Of a stretch of 64,000 bases of DNA, positions 36,245 to 50,122 are shown in pieces (within the stretch, counting starts at the first letter, position 1; the number at the start of each line of letters is the position of its first letter). A program made the position numbers and the translations under genes. Location of the stretch: the NCBI RefSeq assembly GCF_023055435.1, contig NW_025963846.1:28954001-29018000 (forward strand), read 5' to 3'. Origin of the DNA: Haliotis rufescens. Taxonomy: Eukaryota. The notes beneath the pieces were generated by a model. It searched no databases. It was not told the origin of the DNA and was given only the letters and a program-made list of their open reading frames with translations.

Positions 36245-38912
36245 TTCTGTTCAGCGAGATCGCCCGACGCACACTGCATGCGACACACTCTTATAGTACA
36301 TGTGGTATACTGGAGTGGGTGAGTGAGTTGGGTTTAACGCCGCTTTCAACAGTATTCCAGTTATATCACGGCATGTCAGCTTTATGTGGGAGAAAGCCCG
36401 AAGTGATGCAGGTCTCTGACGTTTACCACTTTGGTGAAATCCAAGAGCACGGGTATGGTGCTGACAAACCTAGAAACATAATCAGAGCGAACCGGGATTC
36501 GAACCCACAATCATAGGTTTCTGGCGTGCCCAAGGGACTCAACTCTGCACAGCGAATCGCGGCGCCTTGGACGACTGGGCCACCCGTGCCCCCGGTATAC
36601 TAGATATTGCACTTGATAAACGGTATACTGCATGTAATATACGTTTCGGTCGTGACAAAGGTCATGCCCTCACGCCCTCAATAAGGGTTGTGAATGATGT
36701 ATAGTGGACAATCGATATGAGTGCATAAAAAAATGAATTGTTTGCAAACATTGTCTTATTGCTGAGCAATAATTATTATAGATAGACATGGATTTTGAAT
36801 TGAATTTGCTGTGGACCACTTTTTTATTTAATAATGTACAATACGACTAACTAAATACATTGACATACATACATCCATGATACAGAATCAAGCAAATATA
36901 CATACGAATGCTTATGCTGGTTGATAAGAATTGGGCATCAGCAATGAAAACATTGCTTGATACGAGGGCTGGTCAAAAAGCTCTAAGCCTGACTAACTTT
37001 CATCTATGGGTCATTAGAACAATCAATGTACAGTGAACTACGGTTATAACGAACACGCTTATAACGAACTAACGGATATAACGAACTAACTTTTTAGTCC
37101 CAACTATTTGCTGTAGCTATACTGTATATATGCTTATAACGAATTACGGTTATAACGAACTAAAATTAGTAGTCCCTTTGAGTTCGTTATAACCGTAGTT
37201 TACTGTAGTACATTGTTTGAGTAGTTCATTGCCCGTGTATTTGATCTGTTGAGGCCGTTTGCATATTTGTGATGGCCAGTTGAACATAATTAAAGTTTAG
37301 TGCGTCAACATTTTCCTCAGTCTGATGCTATTCAAATGGTGATGGCAGTATCGTGAAATGTACAGAAGCTAACATATTCGTGTGTATTTATTCAAGTAAG
37401 ATATGAGTAAGGACCAGGTTCTATGCCACAATAGTTTGTAATGTTGTTGTTTGTTATATATCATTGTTTTTATGACAACAGTGTGTGGCATTGTGAAGCA
37501 TGCTAAAGTGCGTGTATGTCATATTTCACTGAAACCCAGTAATGCGGTTCAATACCACTGGAGATAGAACTGGGTCGATCCCGACGCCCACCGACTCCCC
37601 TACTGGAACGTGGGGTTGGGGTTGGGGTGGTGTGGTGTGGGGTGGTGTGGGGTGGGGTGGTGTGGGGTGGGGTGGGGTGGGGTGGGATGGTGTGGGGTGG
37701 GGTGGGGTGGGGTGGTGTGGGGTGGTGTGGGGTGGTTATAACCGTAGTTTACTGTAGTACATTGTTTGAGTAGTTCATTGCCCGTGTATTTGATCTATTG
37801 AGGCCGTTTGCATATTTGTGATGGCCAGTTGAACATAATTAAAGTTTAGTGCGTCAACATTTTCCTCAGTCTGAGAGAGAACAATGGTCATTTCAGTTAT
37901 GAATGGGGCAACGGCGATCGGAGGGAGTAGAGATGGCAGGCTGGACGGGAGTAGATTGATATGGGATACATTGGGAGGAGGAGGGGGGGTTGTGTGTGTC
38001 TTATTTGCACGTTTGGGTTTTCGGCGGATCCTCAAAGGAAAACAAGTCTTACTGGTGGGTGCACCATCATCGGAGCTTGTAGTTTTAAACGAGGAAAGAG
38101 ACATTGTAACTTACAGACTTAACAAGAATGACAAAGTTGTATTCACACTTACCCAGAGGAAATATAAAACTGTAAACACAAAACACTAAAAGTCACCAAG
38201 TCACTGACACATGGCATTGAGTTCAGTTGGAATGTTTTGCCTTTGATGAAGTCCTTGGTTTTCTTTTAGTTACTGCGCGGACAGGGCTTCGCATGTAGGG
38301 GTCGTTGTTCATGCGTTGCTTGCAGCTGTGGAAAGTGGAGTCCAAGGGTACTAGTTGTTCTTCACATCAGTTTGCCGTAAACCACACATCACAGTTATAA
38401 TATGTGACAGAATCCTTTTCACCAAGCTACAAAGTGTCTGAATTGTGGTTTACGTGGCACAATTGACAGACAGTGTGGTCAACTGATCTCCTATTCACGA
38501 TGTTGGTGGCTGCCTTCGTCAAGCTGACTTGGGCTGTAGACTCAGGATGGAAGGGTATCGTCCACAGCTGGCTCCCTACATACCACATACACAGGGTCAC
38601 TTCATATTGGAGTGTCCCAGTGATGCCTCATCCATAGAAATAGATTGGCACAATGATCCAGTGAAGTTTGAGAAATATATCCCTCTATCAAGTCGTAATT
38701 CTTGTGATGAAAATGTTACACCAGATGCGCAGTACGAGCAGACTTCCAACAAGGATATTCCTATATATTTATGACAATACTCGTTCAAAGTAATCTCCTG
38801 CATGAAAATGATTTGCGCAACTATATATACTGTAGGAGACAATGTAGACTACTTCAGAATTCAAGTCATTTCCTCGGTGATCTGTTTGAGTAAATGCAGA
38901 CAGGCTCCCTTT

Positions 38913-39902
38913 TCACTGGCGACGCAGGAACACACCAATACCAACACCAATACCAATCGCACAGATTGCAAGGTAGCCATAAGCCAGTTTCATCAAAACA
39001 GAATCCGAGTAAACTGTTTTCAGCATTTCACAAACTTGTTCTGCTGTTGGGCGTTTGGACATGTCTCTCCGTAAGGCTGCCTTGATCACGTCTCCCAGTC
39101 CCTGATCAGCGACATGACGGAGTTCTATTTCCCCTCTTACCTCGGCCAGACGGCGTCCATTGTAGTAGGCAACTAGTTTGTCGTCGTCGAATTCAGGACG
39201 CAATAAAGCAAAGGCGATAGCGCCAAGAGAGAAAATATCACTTTTCTCTGTCAGAGCCGCTTCAGGGGGTGAAAAACAAGTGTCTCCTGCCCCATCGTTC
39301 TCGTCATGTTCCCCATCTTCCCCGTCATGTACGCCAAAATGTCCCCCGTCATGTACGCCAAAATGTCCCCCGTCATGTACGCCAAAATGTCCCCCGTCAT
39401 GATCCCCGCCATGTCTCCTGTCACGTTCCAGGCCACGTCTCCCGTCATATTCCGACAACGAGCGAGCCGATCCAAATCCTGCTATTTTATAAACCGCTCG
39501 ATTGTACCATGTCACAAGGATGTTTTCTGGCTGCAGGTTACGGTGTTCTATGCGCAAGTTATGAAGAAACTCCAATCCACTGCCAATGTCGGTTACGACA
39601 GAACGACAGTCGGCCTCGTCTAGAGGATTCTTCGAGTTTGAACGTTTACTCACATACTGGTCCAGGCTGCCTTCCTCGCAATATTCAAAGGTCAGTGTGA
39701 AGCCATCTGCAGTAAAACCTTCACCAATCATCTTGACAATGTTCTTGGCCCCTTCAGATTCTGCACATTGTCGGAGTATGTTCTTTTCGGCGGCTGCTGT
39801 ACGTTGTGAGCAGACAAGTACTTTCTCAACAACCATTTTGTTACCTTTCTTTTCTTTGCGCACACTTGAGGACCGACCAGGAACAAGTTCTATTCCCGCC
39901 AT
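38913..39902 (-). CDS. Type B pseudokinase (K4), 329 aa
   Basis: Intact paralog of K2 with the same motifs. Confidence 0.92.
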   Translation of the reverse strand: MAGIELVPGRSSSVRKEKKGNKMVVEKVLVCSQRTAAAEKNILRQCAESEGAKNIVKMIGEGFTADGFTLTFEYCEEGSLDQYVSKRSNSKNPLDEADCRSVVTDIGSGLEFLHNLRIEHRNLQPENILVTWYNRAVYKIAGFGSARSLSEYDGRRGLERDRRHGGDHDGGHFGVHDGGHFGVHDGGHFGVHDGEDGEHDENDGAGDTCFSPPEAALTEKSDIFSLGAIAFALLRPEFDDDKLVAYYNGRRLAEVRGEIELRHVADQGLGDVIKAALRRDMSKRPTAEQVCEMLKTVYSDSVLMKLAYGYLAICAIGIGVGIGVFLRRQ

Positions 39903-40801
39903 TCTTCGTATTCGTGGAATACAACTCCTCTGAACAGTCTCAAGGAAATGCGACGTAGTAGTTAGATTCGGTGACGTGAAGTTATATTTAGACTGAACAC
40001 CTGACCGAGAGTCAGTAGGTCAGGTCGTGGTTCAGATAACCCCTGTTGTTATCTAAGGCCATCAGGACGACCATCCTTCGTCACTACTCGCCTCTTTCCG
40101 TAGCTTCTCCCGGAATGAACCACGACATGTGGTATTCAGCAGCACCATGTAAACAGTTTATCAAGGCCATTGATCGAAAAATACTGATTACCTCGTAATT
40201 TGATGAGGATTTACTGTACAGTCAATTACTTAGCGTGGGATCCAAATCGAGAAGGGCCAGAGTCACCTGTGTATAAGGTCATGTCACAGTAAAGGTCAAT
40301 ATTACAGAATGTTTGCAATGCAGGGTTGTTATTTGAATACTTAACACTTATGAGCGACGAGTGTTGACAATCTTATGATACGAGGAGTTGGTCATGGTCT
40401 TGGCCTTTGATGGAGTCCTTGGCTTTATTTTTGGTCCTTTGCTTATTTTGGTTTTCGCACGGACACGGGATTTGCATGTAGGGGTCGTTGTTCATCCGTT
40501 GCTTGTGGCTGTGGAAGGTGGAGTCCAAGGGCACTTGTTTTTGGTCTTCACATCGATTTGCCGTAAACCACACATCACAGTTATAATATGTGACAGAATC
40601 CTTTTCACAAAGCTACAAAGTGGCCGAATTGTGGTATCCGTGGCACCATTGACAGACAGTGTGGTCAACTAAATCTCCCATTCACAATGTTAGTGGTTGG
40701 TTGTATTGTGGACTCCACAGCTGGCTCTCTACATATCCACACAGTTTCACTTCATATTGATCCATAGAAATATATTGGGATAATGATCTCGTTAATTTTT
40801 T

Positions 40802-41668
40802 CTAAATTATATCCCATTGTTTCAGTGTTATTTCTGAAATATATGCAGACACAACTACAACGCCGCCAAAAATCAGAATATTCCACCACGTGTAACCTGT
40901 ATTCAGCATTGAACAAACTTGTTCTGCTGTTGGGCGTCCAACTATATCTCCTTTTAAGGCTTCATTGATGATGTCTCGCAGTCTCTGGTCAGTGATGTGA
41001 CGGAGGTCTATTTCCCCTGCCATCTTGGCCAGATGACGTCCACCATAGTAGGCAACTAGTTTGTCGTTGACAAATTGCGGACTCCATAAAGCATAGGTGA
41101 CAGCTCCAAGGGAGAAAATATCACTTTTCTTGTCCAGAGCCCCTTCAGGGGGCAAAAAACAAGAGTCTTCAGTCGCATCTAACCCACCATGTTCCTCAAC
41201 TCTCCTGTTATTTCTCCTGGCCTTGCGACGAGCTGCCGATCCAAATCCTCCTATTTTATAAACAGGTTTACTGTATGACGTCACAAGGATGTTTTCTGGC
41301 AGTAGGTTGCCGTGTATGATATCAATGTGGTGAAGAAACTGCAAACCACTGGCAATGTCGGTCATGAAAGAACGACAGTCCGCTGCATTCGGAGGTTTCT
41401 TCATGAATAAACGTTTACTCACATATTGGTTCAGGTTGCCTTCCTCGCAATATTCCAAGATCATTGTGACGCCTTTTGCAGGAAAAGCGTCATAAATCTT
41501 GACAATGTTTTTGGCCCCTTCAGATTCTGCGCATTGTCGGAGTATATTCTTTTCGGCGTCTGCAATCGGCTGTGGACACGAAAATGCTTTCACAAGCACC
41601 GTTTTGTTACCTATGTTAAAGTTCCTCAATGTTGAGAACCGACCTTGAACCAGCTCTGTTTCCTTCAT
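40802..41668 (-). CDS. Type C pseudokinase (K5), 288 aa
   Basis: One amino-acid difference from K3 (GDIAG->GDIVG). Confidence 0.92.
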   Translation of the reverse strand: MKETELVQGRFSTLRNFNIGNKTVLVKAFSCPQPIADAEKNILRQCAESEGAKNIVKIYDAFPAKGVTMILEYCEEGNLNQYVSKRLFMKKPPNAADCRSFMTDIASGLQFLHHIDIIHGNLLPENILVTSYSKPVYKIGGFGSAARRKARRNNRRVEEHGGLDATEDSCFLPPEGALDKKSDIFSLGAVTYALWSPQFVNDKLVAYYGGRHLAKMAGEIDLRHITDQRLRDIINEALKGDIVGRPTAEQVCSMLNTGYTWWNILIFGGVVVVSAYISEITLKQWDII

Positions 41669-44600
41669 TTTTCGTATGCCTGGAATATGACTCCTCTGAA
41701 TAATCTCAAGGAAATGCGACGAAGTACAGTTAGATTCAATGGCGCGTAGTTATATTTAGACTGAACACCTGACTGTGAGTCAGCCAGTCAGGTCGTGGTT
41801 CAGATAACCCCTGTTGTTACCTAAGCCCGTCAGGACTACCATCGTTCGTCACTACTCGCCTCTCTCCGTAGCTTGTCCCGGAATAACACGAGTTGGCCAC
41901 GAATGAATCACTTGATATATTTAGTAACACAATGTTAATATTATCTCCATTATAGCCCAAGGCCATAGCCTGAAGAGCTCACACCAAAAAATCGATATTA
42001 CAGTACGTTTTCACCTTATCACTAAAATGCCATTTGGTGCAGATATGTACTCAGCGGGTCATGTGGTCAGGCTCGCTGATTTGGTTAATTCATGTCATCG
42101 TGTCCCAATTGCGTGGATCGATGCTCATGACATCAATCACTGGATTGTCTGGTCCAGACTCGATTAATTACAGACGGCGTCATGTACCTGGAATGTTGAT
42201 GAGTGCGGCGTAAACAACAAAGTTGCAAAGTACAGAATGGAGACCTAGTTGAGGTGAGGTGAGGTGAAATTGGGTTTAAACGTCGCGTCCAAGATTACTG
42301 CGTGCGTGCGTGCGTGCGTGCGTGCGTCTGCTGCTTGTACTAGTCCGGACTGATGCCGATTTATAGTGCTAGCCCATTGAGATACCATGCCACAGTTTAA
42401 CATGAATACCCCACTCAGACACAGTATACTGACTCCGAGCCGACTAGTCCTTGTTTTATCCCCTTAATGCCGAGCACCAGACAGGGTAACAACAAGTACC
42501 ATATTTTAACGTCTTTTGGTATGACGCGGCCGGGGATCGAGCCCCGGACCTTCCGCTCTCGCCGGGCGGACGCTCTACCACTAGACCACGGAGGCGGTCG
42601 ACAGTCATAGCAACTGATTCAGGACACCAACCATGGGCTCAGTTAACCGAAATACACAGAAGTAGGTGCGATAGTCATAACAATTGAATGAGTTAATACA
42701 GAACGTCGCGACAAAGCATTTCCATAATCACAAGGAATCTCTGCTAAAATCGGAGTCCATTGTTCTATTCCGCCTATATCGTAATCAAGCACGTGTTGTT
42801 AATCACTATAGCGATGCTACTGGACTAACATCTAGTCTCTGAAGTGAACGTATCTCACAGAAAAACAACAGTTGTTAAATTATCTTAATAAAAATATAAT
42901 AAAAATGAACCCAGAGACTCTCTTCATTTCGTAGATACCTTATGCTGCAGTAATCTAGACTTGCCAACGTTATAGACTTACATGGGCTGTATTGAATATA
43001 TTTGTATTAGTGAGTAAAGGAGTTGGATTTAACGCCGCTTTTAGCAGTATTCCAGTTATATCGCGGCGTGTCAGCTTAATGTGGGAGGAAAGCCCGAAGT
43101 GATGCACGCCTCAGACGTTTACCACTTCGGTGAAACCCACGAGCACGGGTATGGTTCTGACAAACCTAGAAACATAATTAGGGCGAACCGGGATTCGAAC
43201 CCACAATCATAGGTTTCTGGTGTGCCCAAGGGACGCAACTCTGCAGAGCGAATCGCTGGGCCTTAGACGACTGGGCCACCCGTGCCCCCTTATTTGTATT
43301 AGGGTATGTATGACAGACTATGATTCTACCAGGTATTCTTGATAAGGTGAGCCTATCCTGTCCTATCGGTGGCAACCCGTCACAAACACACGCAAGGGCA
43401 AATCAAACGTTCACATGTAAACCATAAAACTTCCCTATTAAGGCCTTCTATGTTGTAACCCTGATCAAACAATTTTTGGCCAAGAGTCTTACGACGCTGT
43501 TTGAAATCTACATAGAAAGGGCATGCTCGGACCACAAATGCTGTAGCTGCTGGAATATCGCTCCGGGTACGTGTTATCATGCTGTAGCTGCTGGAATATC
43601 CCTCCGGGTACGTGTTATCATGCTGTGGCTGCTGGAATATTGCTCCGGGTACGTGTTATCATGCTGTAGCTGCTGGAATATCGCTCCGGGTACGTGTTAT
43701 CATGCTGTAGCTGCTGGAATATCGCTCCGGGTACGTGTTATCATGCTGTAGCTGCTGGAATATTGCTCGGGGTACGTGTTATCATTCTGTAGCTGCTGGA
43801 ATATCGCTCCGGGTACGTGTTATCATGCTGTAGCTGCTGGAATATCGCTCCGGGTACGTGTTATCATGCTGTAGCTGCTGGAATATTGCTCCGGGTACGT
43901 GTTATCATGCTGTAGCTGCTGGAATATCGCTCCGGGTACGTGTTATCATGCTATAGCTGCTGGAATATCGCTCCGGGTACGTGTTATCATGCTGTAGCTG
44001 CTGGAATATTGCTTCTGTTCAGCGAGATCGCCCGACGCACACTGCATGCGACACACTCTTATAGTACATGTGGTATACTGGAGTGGGTGAGTGAGTTGGG
44101 TTTAACGCCGCTTTCAACAGTATTCCAGTTATATCACGGCATGTCAGCTTTATGTGGGAGGAAAGCCCGAAGTGATGCAGGTCTCTGACGTTTACCACTT
44201 TGGTGAAATCCAAGAGCACGGGTATGGTGCTGACAAACCTAGAAACATAATCAGAGCGAACCGGGATTCGAACCCACAATCATAGGTTTCTGGCGTGCCC
44301 AAGGGACTCAACTCTGCACAGCGAATCGCGGCGCCTTGGACGACTGGGCCACCCGTGCCCCCGGTATACTAGATATTGCACTTGATAAACGGTATACTGC
44401 ATGTAATATACGTTTCGGTCGTGACAAAGGTCATGCCCTCACGCCCTCAATAAGGGTTGTGAATGATGTATAGTGGACAATCGATATGAGTGCATAAAAA
44501 AATGAATTGTTTGCAAACATTGTCTTATTGCTGAGCAATAATTATTATAGATAGACATGGATTTTGAATTGAATTTGCCATGGACCACTTTTTTATTTAA

Positions 44601-46688
44601 TAATGTACAATACGACTAACTAAATACATTGACATACATACATCCATGATACAGAATCAAGCAAATATACATACGAATGCTTATGCTGGTTGATAAGAAT
44701 TGGGCATCAGCAATGAAAACATTGCTTGATACGAGGGCTGGTCAAAAAGCTCTAAGCCTGACTAACTTTCATCTATGGGTCATTAGAACAATCAATGTAC
44801 AGTGAACTACGGTTATAACGAACACGCTTATAACGAACTAACGGATATAACGAACTAACTTTTTAGTCCCAACTATTTGCTGTAGCTATACTGTATATAT
44901 GCTTATAACGAATTACGGTTATAACGAACTAAAATTAGTAGTCCCTTTGAGTTCGTTATAACCGTAGTTTACTGTAGTACATTGTTTGAGTAGTTCATTG
45001 CCCGTGTATTTGATCTGTTGAGGCCGTTTGCATATTTGTGATGGCCAGTTGAACATAATTAAAGTTTAGTGCGTCAACATTTTCCTCAGTCTGATGCTAT
45101 TCAAATGGTGATGGCAGTATCGTGAAATGTACAGAAGCTAACATATTCGTGTGTATTTATTCAAGTAAGATATGAGTAAGGACCAGGTTCTATGCCACAA
45201 TAGTTTGTAATGTTGTTGTTTGTTATATATCATTGTTTTTATGACAACAGTGTGTGGCATTGTGAAGCATGCTTAAGTGCGTGTATGTCATATTTCACTG
45301 AAACCCAGTAATGCGGTTCAATACCACTGGAGATAGAACTGGGTCGATCCCGACGCCCACCGACTCCCCTACTGGAACGTGGGGTTGGGGTTGGGGTGGT
45401 GTGGTGTGGGGTGGTGTGGGGTGGGGTGGTGTGGGATGGGGTGGGGTGGGGTGGGATGGTGTGGGGTGGGGTGGGGTGGGGTGGAGTGGGGTGGTGTGGG
45501 GTGGTTATAACCGTAGTTTACTGTAGTACATTGTTTGAGTAGTTCATTGCCCGTGTATTTGATCTATTGAGGCCGTTTGCATATTTGTGATGGCCAGTTG
45601 AACATAATTAAAGTTTAGTGCGTCAACATTTTCCTCAGTCTGAGAGAGAACAATGGTCATTACAGTTATGAATGGGGCAACGGCGATCGGAGGGAGTAGA
45701 GATGGCAGGCTGGACGGGAGTAGATGGGATATGGGATACATTGGGAGGAGGAGGGGGGGTTGTGTGTGTCTTATTTGCACGTTTGGGTTTTCGGCGGATC
45801 CTCAAAGGAAAACAAGTCTTACTGGTGGGTGCACCATCATCGGAGCTTGTAGTTTTAAACGAGGAAAGAGACATTGTAACTTACAGACTTAACAAGAATG
45901 ACAAAGTTGTATTCACACTTACCCAGAGGAAATATAAAACTGTAAACACAAAACACTAAAAGTCACCAAGTCACTGACACATGGCAATGAGTTCAGTTGG
46001 AATGTTTTGCCTTTGATGAAGTCCTTGGTTTTCTTTTAGTTACTGCGCGGACAGGGCTTCGCATGTAGGGGTCGTTGTTCATGCGTTGCTTGCAGCTGTG
46101 GAAAGTGGAGTCAAAGGGTACTAGTTGTTCTTCACATCAGTTTGCCGTAAACCACACATCACAGTTATAATATGTGACAGAATCCTTTTCACCAAGCAGC
46201 AAAGTGTCTGAATTGTGGTTTACGTGGCACAATTCACAGACAGTGTGGTCAACTGATCTCCTATTCACGATGTTGGTGGCTGCCTTCGTCAAGCTGACTT
46301 GTGCTGTAGACTCAGGATGGAAGGGTATCGTCTTCGTCCACAGCTGGCTCCCTACATACCATATACACAGTGTCACTTCATATTGGAGTGTCCCAGTGAT
46401 GCCTCATCCATAGAAATAGATTGGCACAATGATCCAGTGAAGTTTGAGAAATATATCTCTCTATCAAGTCGTAATTCTTGTGATGAAAATGTTACACCAG
46501 ATGCGCAGTACGAGCAGACTTCCAACAAGGATATTCCTTTATATTTATGACAACACTCGTTCAAAGTAATCTCCTGCATGAAAATGATTTGCGCAACTAT
46601 AGATACTGTAGGAGACAATGTAGACTACTTCAGAATTCAAGTCATTTCCTCGGTGATCTGTTTGAGTAAATGCAGACAGGCTCCCTTT

Positions 46689-47678
46689 TCACTGGCGACG
46701 CAGGAACACACCAATACCAACACCAATACCAATCGCACAGATTGCAAGGTAGCCATAAGCCAGTTTCATCAAAACAGAATCCGAGTAAACTGTTTTCAGC
46801 ATTTCACAAACTTGTTCTGCTGTTGGGCGTTTGGACATGTCTCTCCGTAAGGCTGCCTTGATCACGTCTCCCAGTCCCTGATCAGCGACATGACGGAGTT
46901 CTATTTCCCCTCTTACCTCGGCCAGACGGCGTCCATTGTAGTAGGCAACTAGTTTGTCGTCGTCGAATTCAGGACGCAATAAAGCAAAGGCGATAGCGCC
47001 AAGAGAGAAAATATCACTTTTATCTGTCAGAGCCGCTTCAGGGGGTGAAAAACAAGTGTCTCCTGCCCCATCGTTCTCGTCATGTTCCCCATCTTCCCCG
47101 TCATGTACGCCAAAATGTCCCCCGTCATGTACGCCAAAATGTCCCCCGTCATGTACGCCAAAATGTCCCCCGTCATGATCCCCGCCATGTCTCCTGTCAC
47201 GTTCCAGGCCACGTCTCCCGTCATATTCCGACAACGAGCGAGCCGATCCAAATCCTGCTATTTTATAAACCGCTCGATTGTACCATGTCACAAGGATGTT
47301 TTCTGGCTGCAGATTACGGTGTTCTATACGCAAGTTATGAAGAAACTCCAATCCACTGCCAATGTCGGTTACGACAGAACGACAGTCGGCCTCGTCTAGA
47401 GGATTCTTCGAGTTTGAACGTTTACTCACATACTGGTCCAGGCTGCCTTCCTCGCAATATTCAAAGGTCAGTGTGAAGCAATCTGCAGTAAAACCTTCAC
47501 CAATCATCTTGACAATGTTCTTGGCCCCTTCAGATTCCCCGCATTGTCGGAGTATGTTCTTTTCGGCGGCTGCTTGAAGTTGTGAGCAGACAAGTACTTT
47601 CTCAACAACCATCTTGTTACCTTTCTTTTCCTTGCGCACTCTTGAGAACCGACCAGGAACAAGTTCTATTCCCGCCAT
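46689..47678 (-). CDS. Type B pseudokinase (K6), 329 aa
   Basis: Intact paralog of K2 and K4. Confidence 0.92.
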   Translation of the reverse strand: MAGIELVPGRFSRVRKEKKGNKMVVEKVLVCSQLQAAAEKNILRQCGESEGAKNIVKMIGEGFTADCFTLTFEYCEEGSLDQYVSKRSNSKNPLDEADCRSVVTDIGSGLEFLHNLRIEHRNLQPENILVTWYNRAVYKIAGFGSARSLSEYDGRRGLERDRRHGGDHDGGHFGVHDGGHFGVHDGGHFGVHDGEDGEHDENDGAGDTCFSPPEAALTDKSDIFSLGAIAFALLRPEFDDDKLVAYYNGRRLAEVRGEIELRHVADQGLGDVIKAALRRDMSKRPTAEQVCEMLKTVYSDSVLMKLAYGYLAICAIGIGVGIGVFLRRQ

Positions 47679-48577
47679 TCTTCGTATTCGTGGAATACAA
47701 CTCCTCTGAACAGTCTCAAGGAAATGCGACGTAGTAGTTAGATTCGGTGACGTGAAGTTATATTTAGACTGAACACCTGACCGAGAGTCAGTAGGTCAGG
47801 TCGTGGTTCAGATAACCCCTGTTGTTATCTAAGGCCATCAGGACGACCATCCTTCGTCACTACTCGCCTCTTTCCGTAGCTTCTCCCGGAATGAACCACG
47901 ACATGTGGTATTCAGCAGAACCATGTAAACAGTTTATCAAGGACAATGATCGAAAAATACTGATTACCTCGTAATTTGATGAGGATTTACTGTACAGTCA
48001 ATTACTTAGCGTGGGATCCAAATCGAGAAGGGCCAGAGTCACCTGTGTATAAGGTCATGTCACAGTAAAGGTCAATATTACAGAATGTTTGCAATGCAGG
48101 GTTGTTATTTGAATACTTAACACTTATGAGCGACGAGTGTTGACAATCTTATGATACGAGGAGTTGGTCATGGTCTTGGCCTTTGATGGAGTCCTTGGCT
48201 TTATTTTTGGTCCTTTGCTTATTTTGGTTTTCGCACGGACACGGGATTTGCATGTAGGGGTCGTTGTTCATCCGTTGCTTGTGGCTGTGGAAGGTGGAGT
48301 CCAAGGGCACTTGTTTTTGGTCTTCACATCGATTTGCCGTAAACCACACATCACAGTTATAATATGTGACAGAATCCTTTTCACAAAGCTACAAAGTGGC
48401 CGAATTGTGGTATCCGTGGCACCATTGACAGACAGTGTGGTCAACTAAATCTCCCATTCACAATGTTAGTGGTTGGTTGTATTGTGGACTCCACAGCTGG
48501 CTCTCTACATATCCACACAGTTTCACTTCATATTGATCCATAGAAATATATTGGGATAATGATCTCGTTAATTTTTT

Positions 48578-49444
48578 CTAAATTATATCCCATTGTTTCA
48601 GTGTTATTTCTGAAATATATGCAGACACAACTACAACGCCGCCAAAAATCAGAATATTCCACCACGTGTAACCTGTATTCAGCATTGAACAAACTTGTTC
48701 TGCTGTTGGGCGTCCAACTATATCTCCTTTTAAGGCTTCATTGATGATGTCTCGCAGTCTCTGGTCAGTGATGTGACGGAGGTCTATTTCCCCTGCCATC
48801 TTGGCCAGATGACGTCCACCATAGTAGGCAACTAGTTTGTCGTTGACAAATTGCGGACTCCATAAAGCACAGGTGACAGCTCCAAGGGAGAAAATATCAC
48901 TTTTCTTGTCCAGAGCCCCTTCAGGGGGCAAAAAACAAGAGTCTTCAGTCGCATCTAACCCACCATGTTCCTCAACTCTCCTGTTATTTCTCCTGGCCTT
49001 GCGACGAGCTGCCGATCCAAATCCTCCTATTTTATAAACAGGTTTACTGTATGACGTCACAAGGATGTTTTCTGGCAGTAGGTTGCCGTGTATGATATCA
49101 ATGTGGTGAAGAAACTGCAAACCACTGGCAATGTCGGTCATGAAAGAACGACAGTCCGCTGCATTCGGAGGTTTCTTCATGAATAAACGTTTACTCACAT
49201 ATTGGTTCAGGTTGCCTTCCTCGCAATATTCCAAGATCATTGTGACGCCTTTTGCAGGAAAAGCGTCATAAATCTTGACAATGTTTTTGGCCCCTTCAGA
49301 TTCTGCGCATTGTCGGAGTATATTCTTTTCGGCGTCTGCAATCGGCTGTGGACACGAAAATGCTTTCACAAGCACCGTTTTGTTACCTATGTTAAAGTTC
49401 CTCAATGTTGAGAACCGACCTTGAACCAGCTCTGTTTCCTTCAT
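48578..49444 (-). CDS. Type C pseudokinase (K7), 288 aa
   Basis: One amino-acid difference from K5 (VTYAL->VTCAL). Confidence 0.92.
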   Translation of the reverse strand: MKETELVQGRFSTLRNFNIGNKTVLVKAFSCPQPIADAEKNILRQCAESEGAKNIVKIYDAFPAKGVTMILEYCEEGNLNQYVSKRLFMKKPPNAADCRSFMTDIASGLQFLHHIDIIHGNLLPENILVTSYSKPVYKIGGFGSAARRKARRNNRRVEEHGGLDATEDSCFLPPEGALDKKSDIFSLGAVTCALWSPQFVNDKLVAYYGGRHLAKMAGEIDLRHITDQRLRDIINEALKGDIVGRPTAEQVCSMLNTGYTWWNILIFGGVVVVSAYISEITLKQWDII

Positions 49445-50074
49445 TTTTCGTATGCCTGGAATATGACTCCTCTGAATAATCTCAAGGAAATGCGACGAAG
49501 TACAGTTAGATTCAATGGCGCGTAGTTATATTTAGACTGAACACCTGACTGTGAGTCAGCCAGTCAGGTCGTGGTTCAGATAACCCCTGTTGTTACCTAA
49601 GCCCGTCAGGACTACCATCGTTCGTCACTACTCGCCTCTCTCCGTAGCTTGTCCCGGAATAACACGAGTTGGCCACGAATGAATCACTTGATATATTTAG
49701 TAACACAATGTTAATATTATCTCCATTATAGCCCAAGGCCATAGCCTGAAGAGCTCACACCAAAAAATCGATATTACAGTACGTTTTCACCTTATCACTA
49801 AAATGCCATTTGGTGCAGATATGTACTCAGCGGGTCATGTGGTCGGGCTCGCTGATTTGGTTAATTCATGTCATCGTGTCCCAATTGCGTGGATCGATGC
49901 TCATGACATCAATCACTGGATTGTCTGGTCCAGACTCGATTAATTACAGACGGCGTCATGTAGCTTGAATGTTGATGAGTGCGGCGTAAACAACAAAGTT
50001 GCAAAGTACAGAATGGAGACCTAGTTGAGGTGAGGTGAGGTGAAATTGGGTTTAAACGTCGCGTCCAAGATTAC

Positions 50075-50122
<48 letters not shown>

